Assembly: GCA_039683575.1 (NCBI GenBank)
Contig: JBDKRC010000206.1
Coordinates: forward strand, 1-33,263
Length of the DNA stretch: 33,263 bases
Source: Armatimonadia bacterium
GTDB taxonomy: Bacteria > Armatimonadota > Zipacnadia > Zipacnadales > UBA11051
Reading direction: 5' to 3'
The notes under the pieces are model-generated. The model saw only the letters and a program-made list of their open reading frames with translations. It ran no database searches and was not told the DNA's origin. Position numbers and translations under genes: made by a program. Below, in pieces: positions 25,146 through 33,263 of the stretch; the stretch's first letter is position 1; each line of letters begins with the position of its first letter.

Positions 25146-26141
25146 ATGCTTACTTCTCAAACCGCCACCCAAACCAGCAGGGCCGCCGGACTGTCCCTGT
25201 TTTCCAATGTCGCTCTCAGCGTCATGAAGCTGGGCGTCGGCTACTTCACTGGCTCCATCAGCGTTCTGGCCGACGGCGCGAACTCGTCGGGCGACATCAT
25301 CACCTCGCTAGTTGCGTGGTCTGCCGTGCGTCAGGGCAACCGCCCCCCGGACGAAGACCATCGCTACGGCCACGGCAAGTTCGAGGCACTATCTGCCGCC
25401 TTCGAGAGTCTCATCATCATCGCTGCGGCAATTGCCATCGGGTATGCGGCACTTCGCCGTCTGCTGAGTGGACAGCCCCCGGAGTTCGACACCGGCATCG
25501 GCCTGGTGGTCATGTGCCTCTCGGCGCTGACAAACCTAACCGTCTCGATGTACCTTGAGCGCAAGGCCCGGCAGCACGATTCCCTTGCGCTTCGCGCCGA
25601 AGCCGCCCATCACCGCGTGGACATTTGGACCTCTTCCGCGGTCCTCGCCGGGCTCTTTTTGATCACGTTTACAGGCTGGCGGTTCCTGGATCCCTTGCTG
25701 GCCGTCATTATCGGAGCGATTATCCTGGTGCAAGGCGCGCAAGTTGGCAGGGAAGCCGTAGCCCAGCTTCTCGACCGGGCGCTTCCGCCGGATGAGATGG
25801 ACTTCATCACCGGCCTGCTTGCCGACCACGACCAGTTGTTCGTTGACTACCACCGCCTGCGTGCCCGCAAGGCGGGACGCGAGCGCCAGATTGACGTTCA
25901 CCTCGTCACCTGCCCGCACGTTACGGTCCAAGAGGCCCATGATGTCGCTGATCATCTCGAAGAGGATATCCGGGCGCGTCTCCCGCTGACGCGCGTGGTC
26001 ATCCACGTCGAGCCCTGTGACGAAGCCAACTGCCCGAACCGGTCGCGGACCGAGCGCGATTCGAGCATCTGCCAACTCAAGGGACGCCTGGCTCACTCCA
26101 GGCCTCAGAGGCAGTTCCAGCCCACGCAACCCATGAAATGA
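25146..26141 (+). CDS. Cation diffusion facilitator (FieF-like) transporter
   Basis: TGSISVLAD, PPDEDHRYGHGKFE, HHRVD, LDP, AHDVAD and VIHVEP; six TM helices. Confidence 0.9.
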   Translation: MLTSQTATQTSRAAGLSLFSNVALSVMKLGVGYFTGSISVLADGANSSGDIITSLVAWSAVRQGNRPPDEDHRYGHGKFEALSAAFESLIIIAAAIAIGYAALRRLLSGQPPEFDTGIGLVVMCLSALTNLTVSMYLERKARQHDSLALRAEAAHHRVDIWTSSAVLAGLFLITFTGWRFLDPLLAVIIGAIILVQGAQVGREAVAQLLDRALPPDEMDFITGLLADHDQLFVDYHRLRARKAGRERQIDVHLVTCPHVTVQEAHDVADHLEEDIRARLPLTRVVIHVEPCDEANCPNRSRTERDSSICQLKGRLAHSRPQRQFQPTQPMK

Positions 26142-26149
26142 GGTGCCTA

Positions 26150-26629
26150 ATGCAGCAGATCCTACACATCCTGGCACAGGACGGACGAGTTGCCCCCGCC
26201 GAAATCGCTACCCGTCTCGGCCGCTCTGAGGCCGATGTCGTCGAGGCTATTGCCGCCCTTGAAGAGCAGGGCATGATCGTCAGCTACGGCGCACTTATCA
26301 ACTGGGAGAAGTCTGGGGACAACAAGGTTTTCGCCTTCATAAACGTTGAGGCCGTGCCCGAGCATGGGAAGGGCTTCGACGCCGTGGCTGACTACATCAG
26401 CCGCTTCCCGGAGGTCCACTCTCTCTATCTCATGTCGGGCGCGGCTGACCTACAGGTCGTGGTTGAAGGTGTAGACTTCCGTGAGATTGCACGCTTCGTG
26501 GCCGAGAAGCTCGCCCCGGCTCCGGGTGTCCGGTCCACCTCAACCTCCTTCGTGCTCAAGAGCTACAAGATGGAAGGCATCATGCTGCAGGACAAGCCCG
26601 GTGACCACCGTCTGGCGGTGTCTCCGTGA
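26150..26629 (+). CDS. Lrp/AsnC family transcriptional regulator
   Basis: N-terminal HTH, YLMSG and STSTSFVLKSYK. SD GAGGTG precedes ATG 26150. It overlaps the downstream aminotransferase, as in the YugG/YugH arrangement. Confidence 0.9.
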   Translation: MQQILHILAQDGRVAPAEIATRLGRSEADVVEAIAALEEQGMIVSYGALINWEKSGDNKVFAFINVEAVPEHGKGFDAVADYISRFPEVHSLYLMSGAADLQVVVEGVDFREIARFVAEKLAPAPGVRSTSTSFVLKSYKMEGIMLQDKPGDHRLAVSP

Positions 26630-27819
26630 AAGACCTTTCAGGGCGCCTAAACAGCTTTGTTCGCGATCTGCCGCCCTCAGGCATTCGCGAGTTCTTCGAC
26701 CTCGTCATCGGCATGGATGACGTCATCTCCCTGGGTGTCGGCGAGCCCGACTTCTCGACCCCGTGGGACATCTGTGACGCAGCGATCGCTGGCATGCGCG
26801 AAGGCATTACCTCCTACACCAGCAATGCCGGCCTGATGGAACTGCGCGAGGCCATCTCCTGCGACATGTGCGAGCGCTATGGGGTGCAGTACAGCGCCGA
26901 GAAGGAGATACTCACGACTGTAGGGGTCAGCGAGGGCCTCGACCTCGTCATGCGCGCGGTACTAGACCCCGGAGACGAGGTCATTGTCCCCGAGCCTACA
27001 TATGTGTCTTACATGCCTTCGGTCGAGCTTGCCGGCGGCAAGGCAGTTGGTGTGCAAACGCGGGAGGAAGATGAGTTCAAGCTGACCGCCGAGGCGCTCG
27101 AAGCCTGCATCACGCCATGCACGAAGGCGCTGCTCGTCGGCTACCCCAACAACCCAACCGGCGCCACGATGAGCCGTGAGGAGCTTCTGCCCATAGCGGA
27201 AGTGTGCGCAAAGCATGACCTGATCGTCTTCTCCGACGAGATCTACTCCCACCTGACCTATGAGGGCGAGCATGCCTGCATCGCCTCCCTGCCCGGCATG
27301 TACGAGCGCACCGTCGTTTTCAACGGCTTCTCAAAGGCCTACGCGATGACCGGCTGGCGTCTGGGCTATGCGTGTGGACCGGCCCCCATAGTTGACGCCA
27401 TGAACCGTATCCACGCTTACACGGCCCTGTGCGCCCCGGTGTCGGCCCAACTCGGTGCCATCGAAGCTCTCCGCCACGGCGAGGCCGACATGCGCCGAAT
27501 GGTCGCCGAGTACGACCAGCGCCGCAGGCTCTTCGTGCAGGGATTGAACGACATAGGGCTGTCGTGTTTCGTCCCCAAGGGCGCCTTCTACACCTTCCCG
27601 AAAGTCAGCCAATTCGGCCTTTCGTCCAAGGAGTTCTCCCGCCGCCTGCTCTTTGAAGAGAAGGTTGCGGCCGTCCCCGGCACCGCTTTTGGGGCCTGTG
27701 GTGAGGGCCACATCCGCTGCACATACGCGACCAGCATGGAGAATCTGAAGCTGGCGCTTGAGCGCATGGCCGCCTTCGTCGGCCGCCTGCACAAGGAAAG
27801 AGGCGCTGAGACCGCGTGA
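26626..27819 (+). CDS. PLP-dependent class I/II aminotransferase
   Basis: SLGVGEPDF, YPNNPTG, SDEIY and GFSKAYAMTGWRLG (PLP Lys). Confidence 0.95.
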   Translation: MKDLSGRLNSFVRDLPPSGIREFFDLVIGMDDVISLGVGEPDFSTPWDICDAAIAGMREGITSYTSNAGLMELREAISCDMCERYGVQYSAEKEILTTVGVSEGLDLVMRAVLDPGDEVIVPEPTYVSYMPSVELAGGKAVGVQTREEDEFKLTAEALEACITPCTKALLVGYPNNPTGATMSREELLPIAEVCAKHDLIVFSDEIYSHLTYEGEHACIASLPGMYERTVVFNGFSKAYAMTGWRLGYACGPAPIVDAMNRIHAYTALCAPVSAQLGAIEALRHGEADMRRMVAEYDQRRRLFVQGLNDIGLSCFVPKGAFYTFPKVSQFGLSSKEFSRRLLFEEKVAAVPGTAFGACGEGHIRCTYATSMENLKLALERMAAFVGRLHKERGAETA

Positions 27820-29354
27820 CGCAACAAGCCCTGCCCGAGCCGCCTGCGAGTCGTTCATACATCCTGACAGGCTTCGTCGTGGCCGCTGCGCTGGCCGCGC
27901 TGGCGGCCTTCCCGCCTACACAGGTCAGTGGCCTGGGCTGGTTCGCCCTCTTGCCCCTGATTCTGGCCCTCACGCAGATGCCTCCGCGCCGCGCCTTCTG
28001 GCACGGCTGCCTCTTCGGCCTGATCTACATGGCGGGCATCATGTCCTTTGTCGGCAAATACGGCTTTGCCCCCTGGCTTGCCCTGACGGCCGCGATGGCC
28101 CTGCTATACGGGGTATTCGGCCTTGTTACCTCGCTGCTGCGCACCGTCTGGCCCCTGCCGCGAGTGTTCGGCATTGCCGCCGCGTGGACGCTGGTCGAGA
28201 TGGCACGTGGCCATGCCGGCTCAATCGCCTTCACCTTCGGCGACCTCGCCTACAGCCAGTACCTGCAACTCCCGTTCATCCAGATCGCGGGCTTCTTCGG
28301 ACACTATGGCGTCGGCTTCCTGATGGCGTTGCTTGCGGCGGGGATGGCGACCGCGGGGTTGGCGATGCTGCCGTCAACGTGGCACCGCCCCGGTCCGCTG
28401 CCGCTCTTCAACAAGCACGCGGGCCGCGTCGGCGTACTGTGCTTTATCCTGGTATTTGCCAACTACTTCTATGGTCTATACTTGCTGACCGTGGTCGAAC
28501 GGGGGCCGAAAGAGCAGCCGCAGATCAAAGTCGCGGCCATTCAGGCACTTGGCGCTCCCGCGCCTGCAGGTGAGCACTACAGTACCCAGGAGGCGCTGGA
28601 CGCATACATGGCTGAGAGCCGCAAGGCAACCGGTGCCGACCTGATCGTGTGGCCGGAGACGGCCATTGTGCAACCAATCAATCTCGACAAGTCGCTCCTG
28701 CGGCAGGTGCAGGGACTGGCGCGCAGTCAGAAGGCGAACTTGCTGATTGGCACCGGGGAAGAGAGCGACGACTGCATCTTCAACAGCGCGTGGTACATAC
28801 GCCCTGACGGCCAGGTGGGCGGCATCTACCACAAGATGGACCTGGTAGTCTTTGGCGAGTATGTGCCCTTCCGCGATAAGTGCAGGTTCTTCGAGCGCTA
28901 CCCCATTCGAGACTTCGACTACACCGCCGGTTCCAGCCGCAGAGTGTTCGATACCGGCCGGTATCGCTTTGCCCCGCTGATCTGCTTCGAGGGCATCTTC
29001 CCCTCTCCGTCCCGGGAGGTGGCGTGGCTGGGAGCCGATCTGATCGTCATCCTGACCAGTGACGAGTGGGCCCGGAACACCAATGAAGTGAAGCACCATT
29101 CCAACATGGACGTCTTCCGGGCCATAGAGAGCCGCAAGTACGTAGTGCGAGCGGCAACCAACGGACGCTCGGCGATTTTCGATCCGTATGGGCAGGTCCT
29201 GGCGAAGACGGGCCTGTACGAGAATGGCTCGGCTGTTGCCAGCATCACCCCTCGCCCCAGACTGTCACCCTACCATCGCTGGGGCGATTGGCCGCTGTTT
29301 TTCTACTGCCTTTTCGCTCTCTTCATGGGTCTGCGACTGCGGCGGAGAGGTTAG
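27816..29354 (+). CDS. lnt: Apolipoprotein N-acyltransferase
   Basis: N-terminal TM helices; nitrilase triad WPETA (Glu), YHKMDLVVFGEY (Lys) and LICFE (Cys); RAIE...RAATNG. Confidence 0.93.
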   Translation: MTQQALPEPPASRSYILTGFVVAAALAALAAFPPTQVSGLGWFALLPLILALTQMPPRRAFWHGCLFGLIYMAGIMSFVGKYGFAPWLALTAAMALLYGVFGLVTSLLRTVWPLPRVFGIAAAWTLVEMARGHAGSIAFTFGDLAYSQYLQLPFIQIAGFFGHYGVGFLMALLAAGMATAGLAMLPSTWHRPGPLPLFNKHAGRVGVLCFILVFANYFYGLYLLTVVERGPKEQPQIKVAAIQALGAPAPAGEHYSTQEALDAYMAESRKATGADLIVWPETAIVQPINLDKSLLRQVQGLARSQKANLLIGTGEESDDCIFNSAWYIRPDGQVGGIYHKMDLVVFGEYVPFRDKCRFFERYPIRDFDYTAGSSRRVFDTGRYRFAPLICFEGIFPSPSREVAWLGADLIVILTSDEWARNTNEVKHHSNMDVFRAIESRKYVVRAATNGRSAIFDPYGQVLAKTGLYENGSAVASITPRPRLSPYHRWGDWPLFFYCLFALFMGLRLRRRG

Positions 29355-29447
29355 GGAGCCCACCTGTAGGCCGCCGGCAAGGGGCGCTCATGCCACAGCG
29401 TCACCGGCTGCATTGTATCGTAAGCATATCCTCATGTTGATTTCCCG

Positions 29448-30491
29448 ATGATCCACCACTTTGAGTTAACCACTTTCCTCATCACCTGCTCCTCCTCGTG
29501 GGAGAGGCAGGCCACCCATGAAATCAAGAAGGTTCTCCCCGGCGCGGCCTGCCGCACCACGTTCTTCCCCGGCAACATCCTCGTCAGCACCGATATTCCG
29601 CGTCCCGAAGCGCTCGGCGCGCTCGAAGCGGCCGAGACCACGCTGATCGGCCGGGTGGTGCCGCTTGATCTGCGCTGCGACATCAGTAAACACCGCACGA
29701 GCCTCGCTCAACTGCTCGAAGCAGCGCGGCAACTGCCACCGCTGAACCCCGAGTTCACTTTCCGCGTACGGTGTGACCGCAGGGGCAACCACGAGTTCGG
29801 TTCGCGCGACGTGGAACTGTACGTGGGCGACAAGCTGGTGGACGAGTGGGGGACGCCGGCAGATCTCGAAGTGCCTGAACAGCTTGTTAGCATAGAGATC
29901 TTCCAGGACCTCGCCTTCATGTCGGCGGCGTGGGCCAACGAGGTCCTGCACAAGGAGATCAGCCAGTTCCGGAAGCATGCTGCCGGGCAGAGGCCGCTTA
30001 ACCGTGCGGAGAAGAAACTGCGCGAGGCGATGTCCAAGTTCAAGATCATGCTGCCGCCGGGAGCTCGGGCGCTCGATCTTGGCGCGGCGCCCGGTGGGTG
30101 GACGCGGGTGTTGGCGGAGTATGCTGCCGAGGTCATAGCGGTTGATCCGGCGCAGCTCGACGAGCGGGTTCTTGCGCTGCCGAACGTGAAGCACGCCGCC
30201 CTGCGGTCGGAAGACTATCTGGCGCAGGCAGAGGGACCGTTCGATATCGTTACCTGCGACATGAACATACCGTCTCACGTGGCGGCGCAGAGGCTGTGCG
30301 AGGCGGCCGGGATGCTGACGGACGAAGGGCAAGCGGTGCTCACGATCAAGTTTGGCAGCCGGCACCGCCGTGAACACGTGCAGCGGGCGTGGGACGTGCT
30401 GGAGGCGTGCTACGAGGGCTTTGAGATCAGGCACTTGCCGCATAACGGCAAGGAGACCACGATGTGGATGCGGAAAAGCCCCAAGCGCTGA
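29448..30491 (+). CDS. THUMP domain fused to an FtsJ/RrmJ-type SAM-dependent RNA 2'-O-methyltransferase (RlmM-like)
   Basis: THUMP FRVRCDRRGNHEFGS...DLEVPE...IEIF; NRAEKKL, ALDLGAAPGGWT, CDMN, TIK and KE provide the K-D-K-E tetrad. Confidence 0.8.
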   Translation: MIHHFELTTFLITCSSSWERQATHEIKKVLPGAACRTTFFPGNILVSTDIPRPEALGALEAAETTLIGRVVPLDLRCDISKHRTSLAQLLEAARQLPPLNPEFTFRVRCDRRGNHEFGSRDVELYVGDKLVDEWGTPADLEVPEQLVSIEIFQDLAFMSAAWANEVLHKEISQFRKHAAGQRPLNRAEKKLREAMSKFKIMLPPGARALDLGAAPGGWTRVLAEYAAEVIAVDPAQLDERVLALPNVKHAALRSEDYLAQAEGPFDIVTCDMNIPSHVAAQRLCEAAGMLTDEGQAVLTIKFGSRHRREHVQRAWDVLEACYEGFEIRHLPHNGKETTMWMRKSPKR

Positions 30492-30528
30492 CCGCGAGAC
30501 GTGGCAGAAAGCCGAAAGTGAGGCTGCG

Positions 30529-31527
30529 ATGAACTCATGCGAGCGCTTTGAGCGGCTTCTGGCGGGGGAAGTGGGGGACAGGCTGCTGGTCATGCCCATC
30601 GTCATGATCTGGGCTGCACAACGGTTTGGCGAGAGCTATGAGGACTATGTGAAGGACTGCCGGGTGCTCGCCCGGTGTCAGCTTGGAGTGCTGGAGGAGT
30701 TTGGGTTCGACATAGTACAGCTTATATCGGATCCATACCGTGAGACAGCGGACGTCGGGGCCGAACTGCAGTACTACGTGGACGGACCGCCGCGATGCCT
30801 CCGGCCGCCGTTGCGCGATAAGGCGGACTTCGCGAAGCTTAGGCTGCCGGACCCGCTGGGCGGCGGCAGGATGAACGACCGGGTGCAGGGGGCTGAGCTC
30901 CTGCGCGAGCAGGTGGGGGGCGAGGTGCCCATCATGGGATGGGTTGAGGGACCAATAGCCGAGGCAGTGGACCTGCGGGGCATGCAGGACTTCATGCTTG
31001 ACCTGATTGACGATCGGCCCTTTGTGGAGGACCTGTTCGATTGGGTGCTCGAGCTTGAGACCGCCTTTGCCCTGGCACAGATTGAGGCTGGATGTGACCT
31101 GATCGGCATCGGCGACGCAGCGGCGTCGCTGGTCTCGGCTCGGGTGTATGAGGAGTTGGTGCTGCCGCGCGAGCAGAAGCTGGTGAAGGCCATCCATGGC
31201 GCGGGGGCGGCGGCCCGACTGCACATATGTGGAAACACGACGCACCTGTTGGGCCTCATGCCGCAGACAGGATGCGAGATTATTGACCTCGACTACCTGG
31301 TGCCCATTGAGCAGGCGCGGCCCGCGATGGGCCCCGAGCCTATCATCCTGGGCAATTTCGACCCGGTGAGCGAACTGCTCGAGGCGACGCCGGAGCAGGT
31401 GCTGGAGTCATGCAGGCGGTGCCATGGGGCGTGTGGGGAGCGGCATATCGTGGGCCCGGGGTGCGAGGTGCCGCCCGGGACGGCAGAAGAGAACATCCGC
31501 GCAATGATACGGGCAGTTGACAGTTAG
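30529..31527 (+). CDS. Uroporphyrinogen decarboxylase superfamily protein (MtaA/CmuA-like methyltransferase)
   Basis: GWVEGP...LRG, IGIGDAAAS, Zn-ligand LHICG and C-terminal GPGCEV. SD GAGG precedes ATG 30529. Confidence 0.85.
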   Translation: MNSCERFERLLAGEVGDRLLVMPIVMIWAAQRFGESYEDYVKDCRVLARCQLGVLEEFGFDIVQLISDPYRETADVGAELQYYVDGPPRCLRPPLRDKADFAKLRLPDPLGGGRMNDRVQGAELLREQVGGEVPIMGWVEGPIAEAVDLRGMQDFMLDLIDDRPFVEDLFDWVLELETAFALAQIEAGCDLIGIGDAAASLVSARVYEELVLPREQKLVKAIHGAGAAARLHICGNTTHLLGLMPQTGCEIIDLDYLVPIEQARPAMGPEPIILGNFDPVSELLEATPEQVLESCRRCHGACGERHIVGPGCEVPPGTAEENIRAMIRAVDS

Positions 31528-31544
31528 CAGTTATAGTTAAGTTG
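31513..31544. repeat. Short degenerate heptamer run (CAGTT/AGTT core) across the stop codon
   Basis: GCAGTTG ACAGTTA GCAGTTA TAGTTA AGTTG. Confidence 0.5.
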
Positions 31545-31565
31545 TGGCAACCCCAAAATGTTGGC

Positions 31566-32120
31566 TCAGTCCCATAGGTGTTCGGTATCCCAAGGTTGCG
31601 GTTGGTACTCGTACAGTCGGAGACTGGGTTTTTCGATCCAGACATTCAGTATCCTACGCTTGCGTCGATCTCCCCAGTTGTATGTGTCTCTCCGCACCCA
31701 AAGCGCCATCTCCGGTGTGTTCGTCATCTTGCAATCGAGGCGAAATATCTGCCGTATCGGAACACGATTCCCTCCCCAGTCATCCCTACGCCAGTCGGCC
31801 ACATCCTCACGTCCCAGCAGCGTTACGCGGTAGGTGTCAACCATCAACAACAACTCCAGCATGGCCAACTCATCATCATCCAGCCTGTCCCTTTTGAGAA
31901 GGTACTGCCGTACCAGAACGGAGGCATCGAAGGATACATTGGTCTCCCGCATTCTGTTTGGCATTTTCTGGATTACCATCCCATCGCTCCACACGCTGAA
32001 GTACGTGTCGACGTAGATGGCGTCCGCCTGCTCATCCACCGTTAGATGAAGCCCGGCCTTCCGCCATTCTTCACCGGTCGGAAGGTGATCCGTCACCTCA
32101 AGCGGACTGATGAATCTCAT
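31566..32120 (-). CDS. Hypothetical protein (lower-GC gene)
   Basis: Open frame of about 184 aa from ATG 32120 (alternative TTG 32135). It fills the intergenic space and I recognise no motif. Confidence 0.6.
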   Translation of the reverse strand: MRFISPLEVTDHLPTGEEWRKAGLHLTVDEQADAIYVDTYFSVWSDGMVIQKMPNRMRETNVSFDASVLVRQYLLKRDRLDDDELAMLELLLMVDTYRVTLLGREDVADWRRDDWGGNRVPIRQIFRLDCKMTNTPEMALWVRRDTYNWGDRRKRRILNVWIEKPSLRLYEYQPQPWDTEHLWD

Positions 32121-32165
32121 TATTCCTTGCCCCAACTTTTGATTGGCCCCTTACAGATCATCGCC

Positions 32166-33263
32166 CTACCTCGTCAGAAACGGAGCCAGCGCTTCGGTCA
32201 GCTTGCCGTTGGCCTGGAGCTTGAAGAAGTCAGATTCCCACAGGAAGGTGGGGTCGAGGGGAGTGTTGTCCACCTTGCGCTCCAAAGTCATGTTACCCAG
32301 AAGATCCTCGCGCAGGTAGAGTGTGCGGCCGGCGATAGTGTATTCGCTGGTCTGCTCAAGCGTGGTGCGGTAGACCTGCTCGATTTTCGAGCGCGGCTCC
32401 GGGACGAGAACGTTGGGATCGCGAGGCTTTTCAGCCGTGGGTACGCGCTGGGTCAGAGACTGGACGCTCTGCTTGAGAGTGCCACTGCTGAGATGCTTGA
32501 CAAAGTCGGCCAGCGAGGGATACGCGGATTCGGGGACAACCTCGATGACCATCCCGGCCCGCATGTTGTGCTGGGGGCGAGGCAGCGCATACTCCTGCTG
32601 GCGGGCATACATCGTGAGTACCAGGTCGCCACGGCGGTTCGGCTGGGTCCATTTGAGGCTAATGGGCTTGCCGGGCGAGCCTTCCTGGCTCGTGGCGATA
32701 CCCGTGCGCATCATGGTAAACCCGACATAGCAGCCGCGGGTCTGAATGGCTACGGTCTCGCGCTCACCGAGGGAGGTCGGCAGATTGTTCCAGCGGGCCC
32801 CATAGGCGTACACATCTTCGATGTCGTCCGGGGTGCCCAGGACGGCTTTCACGGTGGCCTGAACGGCTTCGCGCGTGCCCACATTGTCGAAGTTGAAACT
32901 GCACAGCGCAACACCGTCAGCCTGCAGCGACTGAACAGTGCAGGGCGTCGGCGAACAGAAGAAATAGAGGGTCGGGCGGGCGCAGCGGGCGAAGGTGCAG
33001 AAGACGGGGAGGGTGCTGGTCTGAACCTGGCCGGAGAGGGTACCCAGCGAGAACGTCGGGCCGACGTAGGTATCGGTCGCCGTGATGTCAACGCCGGTGG
33101 AGTTGGTGCGGCGGGTCCCTGTGGCGTCTCCGTCGGCCAGGGCCGTGACGGAGGCGGGAGCATGCCAGGAAGGCAGTACTGCAGCCATCAGGTAAGGCTC
33201 GATGGTGGCCGGCAGGGGATGTCCGAAGTCTGTATGCAGGACGTAGGAGGCATAGCCGGTAGC
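32166..33263 (-). CDS. Hypothetical protein, 5'-partial (continues beyond the right edge)
   Basis: The frame of the 340-aa ORF stays open upstream of 33188 to the window end (ATGYASYVLHTDFGHPLPATIEPYLM...). Confidence 0.7.
   Translation of the reverse strand, partial: ATGYASYVLHTDFGHPLPATIEPYLMAAVLPSWHAPASVTALADGDATGTRRTNSTGVDITATDTYVGPTFSLGTLSGQVQTSTLPVFCTFARCARPTLYFFCSPTPCTVQSLQADGVALCSFNFDNVGTREAVQATVKAVLGTPDDIEDVYAYGARWNNLPTSLGERETVAIQTRGCYVGFTMMRTGIATSQEGSPGKPISLKWTQPNRRGDLVLTMYARQQEYALPRPQHNMRAGMVIEVVPESAYPSLADFVKHLSSGTLKQSVQSLTQRVPTAEKPRDPNVLVPEPRSKIEQVYRTTLEQTSEYTIAGRTLYLREDLLGNMTLERKVDNTPLDPTFLWESDFFKLQANGKLTEALAPFLTR

Overview
GC-rich bacterial chromosomal window that is mostly core housekeeping DNA. 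The lineage is probably Armatimonadota or a similar diderm; this is inferred from Lnt occurring together with a Firmicutes-like Lrp/aminotransferase pair and a FlgD-Ig-tailed secreted protein. From left to right: the 3' end of a gene; a REP/BIME-like palindromic tandem array (about 122-546); a + strand run of M42 peptidase, secreted tandem GATase-like-fold protein, PHP protein, lipoprotein and an orphan single-TRD HsdS-like gene; a - strand cluster of seven tRNAs (Pro-TGG, Gly-TCC, Arg-TCT, His-GTG, Arg-TCG, Lys-CTT, Leu-TAG) followed by tig-clpP-clpX; a secreted alpha/beta hydrolase with a duplicated N-terminal domain, a double amidohydrolase, an internally deleted amino-acid permease pseudogene and a PfkB kinase; a membrane protein and lon on the - strand; a secreted multidomain caspase-family protease; secD-secF behind a consensus promoter and a long structured leader; a CDF transporter, Lrp, aminotransferase, lnt, a THUMP-FtsJ methyltransferase and an MtaA/CmuA/UroD-family protein; and two - strand hypothetical genes. 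I see no integrase, transposase, CRISPR array or prophage, and no complete novel multi-gene system is demonstrable from the sequence alone. The best leads are the orphan half-HsdS, the secDF leader RNA, the secreted caspase, the REP array with a possible target-site duplication, and a heptamer-repeat hairpin inside the tRNA operon.
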